Origin: Spiribacter sp.
GTDB lineage: Bacteria > Pseudomonadota > Gammaproteobacteria > Nitrococcales > Nitrococcaceae
Assembly (NCBI GenBank): GCA_965662395.1
Contig: CBFIIM010000001.1
Location: forward strand, 9,596 to 73,595
Length of the DNA stretch: 64,000 bases
Direction of reading: 5' to 3'
Under the pieces are notes generated by a model. The model was not told the DNA's origin. It searched no databases and was given only the letters and a program-made list of their open reading frames with translations. Of this stretch, positions 18,123 through 27,043 are shown one piece after another; the stretch's first letter is position 1, and every line of letters begins with the position of its first letter. The translations under genes and the position numbers were made by a program.

Positions 18123-18855
18123 GACTACCCCCAATCAACCCCAACAGCATTCCCTCCAGCTCTGCCAGACTGCTGACCTGGTGATGCGGCACCACCGGCA
18201 CATCCGTTGGCCATTCGCTGCCATCGCGATTCAGCCAGACTGCCTGCATGCCTGCCTGCGCTGCGCCATAAACGTCACAGAGTACATCATCCCCTACATG
18301 AACTACCTCATGCAGGGCTGCACCGGCGCGCCCGGCCACCGTCTCAAAAACCAGATGTGAAGGCTTGGCCGCACCCAACTCAACAGCAGAGAGCGCAAAA
18401 TCAAAATATTCACCAAGCCCGATGCGGGCAACATCGGCATTGCCATTGGTCAGCGCACCGACCGGGACCCGGCCAGCCAATGCCCGCAATATCGGCAGCG
18501 CATCGTCATACAGTGTCACCGCATGCCGGGCTTCAAGAAACACATCAAAGGCCTCCTCAACCATGGCATCAAGGCCCGCGCCCACCAGTCCGGCCTCCTC
18601 GCCTGCACGGCGCAATGCCACACGGCGCAGCGCGGTGACATCGTGCGCAATGGAGGGGTCCTCGCGGGCCAGTTCAGCACGCAGCGCCCGCATCCCCTCA
18701 ACATCATAGCGACCGGCAACATCCGGGTAGCGCTGTTCCAACAGCCCATGACACACCTGCTCGGCATGCGGAATGACGCCGGTGATATCCCAAAGGGTAA
18801 AATCCAGATCAAAGGTCACCGCCGCGACGGGCGGCTGTAGGGGCCGTGTTGTCAT
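18115..18855 (-). CDS. HAD-superfamily hydrolase (YigB-like)
   Basis: FDLDFTLWD, LTNGNAD, AKP, HVGDD...DV motifs. Confidence 0.88.
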   Translation of the reverse strand: MTTRPLQPPVAAVTFDLDFTLWDITGVIPHAEQVCHGLLEQRYPDVAGRYDVEGMRALRAELAREDPSIAHDVTALRRVALRRAGEEAGLVGAGLDAMVEEAFDVFLEARHAVTLYDDALPILRALAGRVPVGALTNGNADVARIGLGEYFDFALSAVELGAAKPSHLVFETVAGRAGAALHEVVHVGDDVLCDVYGAAQAGMQAVWLNRDGSEWPTDVPVVPHHQVSSLAELEGMLLGLIGGSHD

Positions 18856-19586
18856 GATTGGGCCCCCTGCGACTGACCCAGTCCACGCCAGACGCAGGGG
18901 CCGCCATGTGCCTCATCCAGACGCAGCAGCCAGGCCTCATGCGCATCCATTTCTTCAGCACTGGGTTCGACAACAGGCAAGGGCGCACGATCTGATGACA
19001 CGGGTCTTGCCGATTCTTCCCGCGTCATGGCACCCGCGGCATCCGCCACACCCAAATGCAGAGTGGCTTGCCCACCGGTCATGGCCAAATAGACTTCCGC
19101 CAGAATCTCGGCATCCAGCAACGCACCGTGCAAGGCACGGGCGCTATTATCGATGGCGTAGCGTTTGCACAGCGCATCCAAGCTGTTGCGCTGCCCCGGG
19201 TGGCGCTGGCGGGCCAGTGCCAGCGAATCCACTACGCGACAATGATCATTCAGACACCCCCAGGCTTCGCCTAGACGGGCAAGCTCATGATCCAAAAAAC
19301 CCACATCAAACGGGGCGTTGTGAATGATGATCTCAGCATCTTTAATGAATTCGATAAACGACTGAGCCACATCCGCAAAGCGGGGTTTATCCGCCAAAAA
19401 CTCATCGCTAATGCCATGCACCGCCATCGCATCCGGATCCACCGCACGCCCAGGGTTTAAGTATTCATGAAACGTCCGACCGGTGGGGCGGCGCTTCTCC
19501 AACTCGTAGCAGCCGATTTCGATGACTCGGTGGCCTGCCTCCGGCTCCAGGCCCGTTGTTTCGGTATCGAGTATGATTTGGCGCAT
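18852..19586 (-). CDS. dnaQ: DNA polymerase III epsilon subunit
   Basis: LDTETTGL, HNAPFDVGF, LHGALLDAEILA. Confidence 0.97.
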   Translation of the reverse strand: MRQIILDTETTGLEPEAGHRVIEIGCYELEKRRPTGRTFHEYLNPGRAVDPDAMAVHGISDEFLADKPRFADVAQSFIEFIKDAEIIIHNAPFDVGFLDHELARLGEAWGCLNDHCRVVDSLALARQRHPGQRNSLDALCKRYAIDNSARALHGALLDAEILAEVYLAMTGGQATLHLGVADAAGAMTREESARPVSSDRAPLPVVEPSAEEMDAHEAWLLRLDEAHGGPCVWRGLGQSQGAQS

Positions 19587-19588
19587 TA

Positions 19589-20032
19589 TCAGCTCACTTT
19601 TTGCAGTTCATCGATTCCCCGGTTGGCCAGGGCATCCACGCGTTCATTGTCTTCATGGCCAGTATGTCCACGCACCCAATGCCAGCGGATCTGATGCCGG
19701 CCGACCAACTGGTCAAGCCGCTCCCAGAGATCTCGGTTTTTGACGGGTTTTTTGGCCGCTGTCTTCCATCCGCGGCGTTTCCAGTCTGCCATCCACTCAG
19801 TGACCCCTTTACGCAGGTACTGCGAATCAGTGGTCAGGTCGATCTGGCAGGGACGGGTGAGGGCCTCGAGCGCCTGGATAGCAGCCATTAACTCCATCCG
19901 ATTATTGGTGGTATTGACCTCACCGCCGTGGAGTGTTTTCTCGGAATCGCCATAGCGCAGCAGTGCACCCCAGCCTCCTGGCCCCGGATTGCCGCGACAG
20001 GCACCGTCCGTGTAAATCTCAACATGCGTCAT
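19589..20032 (-). CDS. rnhA: Ribonuclease HI
   Basis: [30 protein letters not shown]. Confidence 0.97.
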   Translation of the reverse strand: MTHVEIYTDGACRGNPGPGGWGALLRYGDSEKTLHGGEVNTTNNRMELMAAIQALEALTRPCQIDLTTDSQYLRKGVTEWMADWKRRGWKTAAKKPVKNRDLWERLDQLVGRHQIRWHWVRGHTGHEDNERVDALANRGIDELQKVS

Positions 20033-20781
20033 AGGAGATTCCTGTTGGCATTGCGTCGGGCGCCGGCACCGGATGCCTGACCCAGACCCCCTTGAATCAG
20101 CTCAAAGCGCCGATGCCAATGACTAGGGGGCGCCACCCGCCCATTCACCCGTTTCTGCCCCATCATCAGATTGACTCCACCACACCAGCGAAGCGCAGGG
20201 CCTAGCGGATCACTATACCCGAGCCTGGGCCCACGAACCCGCTGCCACCAGCAATGCAGAGTAGGCGGCAACGGCGCGATGCTGTCTCTCATCGTGGGCG
20301 TTAAGCCCAGCAAAAGCATCCAATCTGCCAACCGGGTTGCCGTAAAATACTGTCCACACCAGGGGGCCTGGCCCCGACTGCGCTGCACCAGCTTGCCAAG
20401 CCCCCACAGACTGAGCGGGTTGAAATTGAGCACCAGCATATGCCCCTCAGGCGCCAGCACGCGGGCCGCTTCACGGATGACCTGATGGGGATAGTCGGCA
20501 AACTCCAGCTGATGCACTAGGATGACCACATCAACGCTAGCCGAGGCCATCGGAATCACTTTGGCATCGGCCCGTAAATCGATGGGCCCACCTGGCCAGT
20601 CATCCATAATCCATTGCCGGGCATCACCAAATACCGCTGGGCAGCAGCCGCCGCCATACGCGCCAATCTGCAACACACGACGGGCATAAAGACCGGCTAG
20701 CCGCCGCGACAGCCAGCGGGTCTCAGCCCGAGCGAGTTCATGACCCGCAGCGGTGGCAAACCAGTCATGCAACCAGTGCAT
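20029..20781 (-). CDS. Class I SAM-dependent methyltransferase (YafS-like)
   Basis: [25 protein letters not shown]; conserved position between gloB and rnhA. Confidence 0.82.
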   Translation of the reverse strand: MHWLHDWFATAAGHELARAETRWLSRRLAGLYARRVLQIGAYGGGCCPAVFGDARQWIMDDWPGGPIDLRADAKVIPMASASVDVVILVHQLEFADYPHQVIREAARVLAPEGHMLVLNFNPLSLWGLGKLVQRSRGQAPWCGQYFTATRLADWMLLLGLTPTMRDSIAPLPPTLHCWWQRVRGPRLGYSDPLGPALRWCGGVNLMMGQKRVNGRVAPPSHWHRRFELIQGGLGQASGAGARRNANRNLL

Positions 20782-20857
20782 CGTTCGCTCCTCCAGCCGT
20801 CTTGCCCGTGGCAAGGGAAATTTGAGGCCATCCTCGACCCGAGGTAGCATGCATCGC

Positions 20858-21625
20858 ATGCTTGAAGTAACACCCATACCCGTTCTCGCGGATAATTATA
20901 CGTGGCTGCTGCACGCGAAGCAGTCGGGGGCCGCCTATGTGGTTGACCCCGGGGAATCCGCCCCGGTCGCACAGGCCATTGAGCAAGCTGGCCTGACCCT
21001 CGAAGGCATCCTCCTGACCCATCGCCATCACGATCATATCGGGGGAGTCGAGGGCTTAGCCCGCTCTGGGCTGCCGGTTTTTGGACCGGATCATCCGCAG
21101 CTCAGCGCCGTTACCCAGCCACTCACCCATGGCGATACCCTGACACTCAGCGGGCTGGATGCCAAGTTTCAGGTCATGGCCGTCCCCGGACACACACTGG
21201 AGCATATCGCCTTTTATGGTGAGGGCCTGCTGTTTGCCGGCGACGCCCTGTTTGCCGGTGGCTGCGGGCGAATGTTTGAAGGCAGCGCTGAGCAAATGCA
21301 GGGCTATCTGGCCATGCTGCGGACATTACCCGATGAGACACAGCTTTTTTGCGGTCATGAATACACCTTGGCCAATCTGCAGTTTGCCCATGTAGTAGAG
21401 CCCGACAACCAAGCGCTGGCCGATCGACTCAATCGAGTCCGGCGGCAACGCGATCAAGGCAATATCACTCTGCCCTCGACTCTGGGTGAGGAAAAAGCCA
21501 CCAATCCGTTTTTGCGCTGGGATAGCCCCCAGGTGATTGAACAAGCAAGCCAACAGGCTGGCCAATCACTCCACGATCCGGCTGAGGTGTTTGCCGCCTT
21601 GCGCCGCTGGAAAGACCACTTCTAG
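20858..21625 (+). CDS. gloB: Hydroxyacylglutathione hydrolase (glyoxalase II)
   Basis: THRHHDHIGG, PGHT, GDALF..GCG, CGHEYT, TNPFLR. Confidence 0.95.
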   Translation: MLEVTPIPVLADNYTWLLHAKQSGAAYVVDPGESAPVAQAIEQAGLTLEGILLTHRHHDHIGGVEGLARSGLPVFGPDHPQLSAVTQPLTHGDTLTLSGLDAKFQVMAVPGHTLEHIAFYGEGLLFAGDALFAGGCGRMFEGSAEQMQGYLAMLRTLPDETQLFCGHEYTLANLQFAHVVEPDNQALADRLNRVRRQRDQGNITLPSTLGEEKATNPFLRWDSPQVIEQASQQAGQSLHDPAEVFAALRRWKDHF

Positions 21626-21640
21626 GCAGGCGCCAGGACT

Positions 21641-23305
21641 ATGAAAATATCGATTCGTTATCATGCGGCGCTGCTTGCAGCGCTAATTCTGACCGGTTGC
21701 GCCACCGTGCCGCCCGATGGCGCTGAACCCCATTCTCAGGCCCCGGATGCAAGCGCTTCCGAACGTCTGACATCCAACGATTCCGAAGAACCAGCGGTTT
21801 GGCAGTCCAATAGCGCCGAGGCCCGTAACGACATCAGCGACAGGGATGCAGTCAGAGCCGAAGACTATGCGGATATTTGGGAGCGGATTCGCGCTGGCTT
21901 TGCCATTCCAGGTCACGATAATGAACGGGTCCGCGCTCAGCTGAATGAATATGCCCGGCTTACAGACTATTGGCTGCGAGTCTCTGAGCGTGCCGAACCG
22001 TATCTGTATCACATTGTCGAGGAGATCGACGCCCGCGGCATGCCGCTTGAGCTTGCCCTACTGCCGGTGGTGGAGAGTGCGTTCAGGCCCTTTGCCTACT
22101 CACACGGCCGAGCTGCGGGTCTTTGGCAATTTATCCCCGCCACCGGGCGGCATTATGGTCTGGAACAGAACTGGTGGTACGACGGCCGGCGCGATGTGAT
22201 CGCCGCTACTGATGCCGCCCTTACCTATTTGGCCTATCTAAATGACATGTTTGATGGCGATTGGCTGCTGGCCATTGCCGCCTACAATGGCGGCGAGGGC
22301 ACGGTCTCCCGGGCGATGCAGCGCAATGCAGCAGCCGGCAAGCCAACGGATTATTGGTCTCTGGATTTGCCGCGGGAGACCATGGCCTACGTCCCCAAAT
22401 TGCTGGCGATCAGCGAGCTACTGGCCGACCCGCAGCCGCATGGCATCGAGCTTTTCAGCATTGCCAATGAGCCGGTCATCGAGGTGGTTGAGCTAGACCA
22501 TCAGGTTGATCTGGCGTTAGCCGCCGAGCTTGCCGGCATCGACATCGAGACGCTCTATCGGCTTAACCCCGGCTATAACCGTTGGGCGACGGCACCCTCC
22601 GGCCCTCATCGCCTGCTGCTGCCGCGTGAGCGTGTTGCTGATTTCAACACTCGCCTTGCCCAAACGCCTCAGGAATCTTGGATGCGCTGGGAGCGCCATC
22701 AAATCGCTGCCGGTGAAACATTGGGTGAAATTGCGGCGCGGTATCACATCACCGTGTCTGATTTGCAGGCCGCCAACGACCTGAATGGGCATATCATTCG
22801 TGCCGGCGGCCATCTGCTGGTGCCGGTGGCCAGCCGACCATCGAGCAGCTATACCCTCAGCGCTGCTGCCCGTCAGGATGCCACCCGCAGTCGCCAGCGC
22901 GAGGGCCGATCTCGACAGAATTACACAGTCCAGCCCGGTGATAGTTTTTGGGTCATTGCCAGGCGCTATGGTGTTGGGGTGCGCGAACTAGCCCGCTGGA
23001 ACGGCATGGCACCCGGCGACACGCTGGCAGTGGGCGCAGAGTTGGCCATTTGGACCGACGAACAAACCAGCAACAGCACCCGGCTGGCCAGCCGCACCAC
23101 CGAAAGAGCCACGATGCCGGGGAATCGGCTTCAGTCAGTGACCTACACGGTGAGAAGCGGTGACTCTCTCTACCGGATCGCCCAGCGGTTTAACGTGGCA
23201 ATCGGTGACCTGCAGCGCTGGAACAGTATTGGCGAGGGCGCCTACTTGCAGCCCGGACAGCGCCTGCGCATGCAGGTGGACGTGACCGCGCAGAGTAATT
23301 ACTGA
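21641..23305 (+). CDS. mltD: Membrane-bound lytic transglycosylase D (lipoprotein, 3 LysM)
   Basis: Lipobox LTGC; LPVVESAF; AAGLWQF; WYDGRRD; three LysM domains; follows gloB. Confidence 0.92.
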   Translation: MKISIRYHAALLAALILTGCATVPPDGAEPHSQAPDASASERLTSNDSEEPAVWQSNSAEARNDISDRDAVRAEDYADIWERIRAGFAIPGHDNERVRAQLNEYARLTDYWLRVSERAEPYLYHIVEEIDARGMPLELALLPVVESAFRPFAYSHGRAAGLWQFIPATGRHYGLEQNWWYDGRRDVIAATDAALTYLAYLNDMFDGDWLLAIAAYNGGEGTVSRAMQRNAAAGKPTDYWSLDLPRETMAYVPKLLAISELLADPQPHGIELFSIANEPVIEVVELDHQVDLALAAELAGIDIETLYRLNPGYNRWATAPSGPHRLLLPRERVADFNTRLAQTPQESWMRWERHQIAAGETLGEIAARYHITVSDLQAANDLNGHIIRAGGHLLVPVASRPSSSYTLSAAARQDATRSRQREGRSRQNYTVQPGDSFWVIARRYGVGVRELARWNGMAPGDTLAVGAELAIWTDEQTSNSTRLASRTTERATMPGNRLQSVTYTVRSGDSLYRIAQRFNVAIGDLQRWNSIGEGAYLQPGQRLRMQVDVTAQSNY

Positions 23306-23306
23306 T

Positions 23307-23561
23307 TCAATCAGCTTCCGGGAGGGTGACGTTGAGCTCAAGTACTTCACAGTCGCCCTCTCGTTCCACCTGGACCCGGACGGCGTCGTCTTCCACCGAA
23401 ATATAACGCCGTATCACCTCAAGGATGTCGGCCTGCAGGGCAGGCAGATAATCCGGCCCGCCGCGATGAGTGCGCTCCCGCGCAACAATCACTTGCAGCC
23501 GCTCCTTGGCGACCGAGGCGCTGCGTTTTTTCTCAGAGCGGAAATAATCCAGAAATCCCAT
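23307..23561 (-). CDS. minE: Cell division topological specificity factor
   Basis: SASVAKERLQVIVARER, VLELNVTLP. Confidence 0.96.
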   Translation of the reverse strand: MGFLDYFRSEKKRSASVAKERLQVIVARERTHRGGPDYLPALQADILEVIRRYISVEDDAVRVQVEREGDCEVLELNVTLPEAD

Positions 23562-23566
23562 GACGC

Positions 23567-24373
23567 CTAGCCCTTGAACAAGCGGCCAAACAGGCCTTTT
23601 TTCTCATGAAGAAAGCGATGCTCTCGCGTCTCACCTAAATAACGCGCCACCAAATCATCGTAGGCCTGGCCCGCATCGCTCTTCTCATCCAGGATCACCG
23701 GTGTGCCAGCATTCGAGGCATTGAGCACCGCCGTCGACTCCGGCACCACACCTAGCAAGTCGATGGAGAGAATTTCGCAAACGTCCTCGACGCTGAGCAT
23801 CTCACCCTTGCCCACCCGCGAAGGCGCATAACGGGTAAGGATGAGATGTTCCTTAACCGGATCCTGCCCCTGCTCGGCACGCCGGGTTTTGCTGGCCAGC
23901 AGCCCGAGCACACGATCAGAATCTCGGACCGATGAGACTTCGGGATTGGTAACCACCAGCGCATCATCGGCAAAATACATGGCCAAATGCGCGCCGCGCT
24001 CAATGCCTGCCGGTGAATCGCAAACGATGTAATCATGATTCTCGGCAAGCGCCTCGAGTACTGACTGAACGCCCTCCAGAGTGAGCGCATCCTTATCCCG
24101 GGTTTGAGAGGCCGGCAGGATCTCGAGGCCTTCGATACGCTTGTCTCGAATCAGTGCTTGATTGAGGTTGGCCTCGCCATTAATGACGTTGACAAAGTCA
24201 TAGACCACCCGTCGCTCACAACCCATGATCAGATCAAGATTGCGCAGGCCAACGTCAAAATCCACCACCACGGTGCGGTAGCCCGCTTTGGCAAGGCCGG
24301 CGCCGAACGCCGCGCTGGTCGTGGTTTTACCCACGCCGCCCTTACCCGATGTCACCACGACAATTCGCGCCAC
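23567..24373 (-). CDS. minD: Septum site-determining ATPase
   Basis: TSGKGGVGKTT, DVGLRNLDL, C-terminal amphipathic helix. GTG start with GGAGG RBS. Confidence 0.97.
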   Translation of the reverse strand: MARIVVVTSGKGGVGKTTTSAAFGAGLAKAGYRTVVVDFDVGLRNLDLIMGCERRVVYDFVNVINGEANLNQALIRDKRIEGLEILPASQTRDKDALTLEGVQSVLEALAENHDYIVCDSPAGIERGAHLAMYFADDALVVTNPEVSSVRDSDRVLGLLASKTRRAEQGQDPVKEHLILTRYAPSRVGKGEMLSVEDVCEILSIDLLGVVPESTAVLNASNAGTPVILDEKSDAGQAYDDLVARYLGETREHRFLHEKKGLFGRLFKG

Positions 24374-24387
24374 GTCCACCTCCCGTA

Positions 24388-25098
24388 TCAAAGGGCTTTA
24401 AACTGCAGATCTTCATCCTGCAGACTGATCATTACCGACCGACCTCGAAGACCGGCATCTATTTGTTCGCTAAGTTGGTAATGGCCGCCGATGGCCACCA
24501 ACTCCGCCTCAAGCGACTGGCAGAAGATACGCGCATCCGTCGAACCCTGCACGCCGGCCAGTGCTCTGCCGCGCAGTGTGCCATAGATATGGATATTGCC
24601 GTCGGCCATCAGCTCGGCACCGGCGCTGACCGCTGCGGTCACGATTAAATCACCGCCACGGGCATAAACCTGCTGGCCGGAGCGAATGGGCTGGGTCACA
24701 AGCCGGCTAGCAGCCGCCGGCGGCTGGGACTGGGACTGGGACTGGGACTGAGGCTGGGTGTTGGTCGAATCAGTACGGCCTTGCCCCTGATCTCTTAGCA
24801 GACCCAATCCGGCCGAGGCGGCCAAATCGGCATCCACGTCACTGGCAGCCACGGGCAGCCAATCACGGGCCCTGAGCCCCGCGACCAGCTGATCCAGTGT
24901 TGTGGCGTCCAGAATGACACCCTCTGCCGGGGCAATCGTTATCGGCATTCCAGCAAAAAAACCAGGCGCCTGAGCCAGCTTGGCATCCAACTGCATCAGC
25001 AGGGCCTGCACATCACTGGTGTGCACACGCAAAACCGTGAGCGTGGTCATCCGCCCTTTTAGCTCAAAGGCAGGCCCTGACACTGCAGCTGCCGACAT
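24388..25098 (-). CDS. minC: Septum site-determining protein
   Basis: AFELKG, PIRSGQQVYA, GNIHIYGTLRGRALAG. Confidence 0.95.
   Translation of the reverse strand: MSAAAVSGPAFELKGRMTTLTVLRVHTSDVQALLMQLDAKLAQAPGFFAGMPITIAPAEGVILDATTLDQLVAGLRARDWLPVAASDVDADLAASAGLGLLRDQGQGRTDSTNTQPQSQSQSQSQPPAAASRLVTQPIRSGQQVYARGGDLIVTAAVSAGAELMADGNIHIYGTLRGRALAGVQGSTDARIFCQSLEAELVAIGGHYQLSEQIDAGLRGRSVMISLQDEDLQFKAL
24724..24750. repeat. (CTGGGA)x4.5 tandem repeat in the MinC linker
   Basis: Visible directly; encodes QSQSQSQSQ. Confidence 0.9.
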
Positions 25099-26969
25099 CA
25101 ATCGAGCAGCCGGTTCATGCGCCGGACAAAACTGGCTGGATCTTCCAAGCGCCCGCCATCCATCAGTATCGCCTGCTCTAGCAACAGCGGAGCCCAGTCA
25201 TCAAGCACCGCGGTTTCATCCTCGGCAAGCCGTTTGATCAAAGCATGTTCCGGATTAATCTCAAGCACGGGCTGCTGGGCCGGCAATTCATGACCGGCGG
25301 CTTTCAGCATGCGCTGCATATTGATGCCAAATTCATGCTCTCCGACCACGATACAGGCAGGTGACTCCGTCAACCGGGCACTGGCGCGGACCTCGCTGAC
25401 CTGCTCGCCCAATACCTGGCTGATCCGCTGAATCAGCCCCTGAACCGCTTCACTGCTGGCCGCGGTTTCCGGTTTGTCTTTATCACTGTCGGGCGATTGC
25501 CCCAAATCATCCAGCTCGAGCTCACCCTTAGTCACCGCCTGCAGCGGTTTACCGTCAAACTCCGGCAGATGAGCCACCAGCCATTCATCAACCGGCTCGG
25601 CTAATAACAGCACTTCAATGCCACGGGCCTTGAACACCTCAAGATGCGGGCTGTTACGCACACCGGCCAGCGTCTCACCGGTCAGATAGTAGATCGCTTT
25701 CTGCCCCTCTGGCATGCGCTCAATGTACTGCGCCAGCGAGACACTGGGGCCTGAGTCATCGGTGGTGGAATAAAAGCGCAGTAATCCAGCGATTTTCTCG
25801 GCGTTACCGGAGTCCTCTACCGGGCCTTCTTTTAGCACGGTACCAAAGGCGGACCAGAATTTGGCGTAACGCTCGGCATCATCCTTAGCCATGCGCTCAA
25901 GGGCATCGAGAATGCGTTTCACCGATGCACCACGTATACGGTCGATCAGTTTGTTGTGCTGCAGCAGCTCACGCGAGACATTCAGCGGCAAATCATCTGA
26001 GTCGATCACCCCGCGCACAAAACGCAGGTAGCGCGGTAGCAGGCGGTGCTCGCGATCTTCCATGATAAAGACACGGCGGACATACAAGCGAAGGCCATGC
26101 CCTGACTCTGGCTCAAACAGATCAAATGGCCGTGTGGCCGGAACGTAGAGCAATGAGGTGTAGGCTTGAGAACCCTCAACCTTGTTGTGCAGCACCTCAA
26201 GCGGTGCCTCGCTGTCATAGGTCAGCTGCTGATAAAACGACTGGTAATCCTCGTCGCTGAGCTCGGCTTTTGGGCGCATCCAAAGCGCTGAGGCCTGATT
26301 AATCGTTTCGGCCTCGCCCTTTTCATCCAAAAGCTCAATGGGCAGGGCAATATGATCAGAGTAGCGACGAATGATTTGGCGTAAACGATGGCGCTCGAGA
26401 AACTCATCCTGCTCTTTGGCCAGCGTTAGCGTGATTTCGGTGCCGCGCGCCTGACGCGGTTTGGCCTCCAGGGTGAATTCCCCTTTTCCATCAGAGCGCC
26501 ACAGAACGCCGTTATCCGCCGGCTCACCCGCTCGGCGTGTGTGCACACTGACCGAATCGGCCACAATAAAGGCCGAGTAAAACCCGACACCAAACTGCCC
26601 GATCAGCTGGGAATCCTGCTTTTGATCACCGCTTAACGCATCCAAAAAGCGCCGGGTACCCGAGCGTGCGATCGTGCCGAGATTATCAATCACATCAGCC
26701 CGATTCATGCCGATCCCATTGTCGGTAATGGTAATCGTGCGGGCTTTTTCATCCACCGCGATTTGCACCCGTGGGTCGGGGTCATCTTCATAAAGGGCGG
26801 TATCCTGCAACGCCTCAAAGCGAAGCCGATCCGCGGCGTCGGCGGCGTTGGAGACAAGCTCTCTTAAAAAGATTTCGCGGTTGCTGTAGAGGGAGTGGAT
26901 CTTTAGGTCCAGCAGCTGCCGGACCTCGGTCTGAAACTCATGCGTTTCGGGGGTTTTTGCCTCAGTCAT
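25098..26969 (-). CDS. htpG: Hsp90 chaperone
   Basis: IFLRELVSNA, DNGIGM, LGTIARSGT, IGQFGVGFYS, LPLNVSRE. Confidence 0.97.
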   Translation of the reverse strand: MTEAKTPETHEFQTEVRQLLDLKIHSLYSNREIFLRELVSNAADAADRLRFEALQDTALYEDDPDPRVQIAVDEKARTITITDNGIGMNRADVIDNLGTIARSGTRRFLDALSGDQKQDSQLIGQFGVGFYSAFIVADSVSVHTRRAGEPADNGVLWRSDGKGEFTLEAKPRQARGTEITLTLAKEQDEFLERHRLRQIIRRYSDHIALPIELLDEKGEAETINQASALWMRPKAELSDEDYQSFYQQLTYDSEAPLEVLHNKVEGSQAYTSLLYVPATRPFDLFEPESGHGLRLYVRRVFIMEDREHRLLPRYLRFVRGVIDSDDLPLNVSRELLQHNKLIDRIRGASVKRILDALERMAKDDAERYAKFWSAFGTVLKEGPVEDSGNAEKIAGLLRFYSTTDDSGPSVSLAQYIERMPEGQKAIYYLTGETLAGVRNSPHLEVFKARGIEVLLLAEPVDEWLVAHLPEFDGKPLQAVTKGELELDDLGQSPDSDKDKPETAASSEAVQGLIQRISQVLGEQVSEVRASARLTESPACIVVGEHEFGINMQRMLKAAGHELPAQQPVLEINPEHALIKRLAEDETAVLDDWAPLLLEQAILMDGGRLEDPASFVRRMNRLLD

Positions 26970-27008
26970 TTTGCCATCCGTCATCAGTCGAGGTTCCGAC
27001 CCCAATTA

Positions 27009-27035
27009 ATGGGGTCGGCTGAGCCGCGATTCAAG
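27009..27035 (-). promoter_or_regulatory. Sigma-32 heat-shock promoter of htpG
   Basis: Minus strand reads CTTGAA-N15-CCCCAT, matching the RpoH consensus. Confidence 0.8.
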
Positions 27036-27043
27036 CGGTGGTC

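Noticed and set aside
21641-23305. Second MltD-like gene as a recent duplication of 10768-12285
   Set aside because: They share only core SLT/LysM motifs and look like old paralogues; this copy is in the standard gloB-mltD position.
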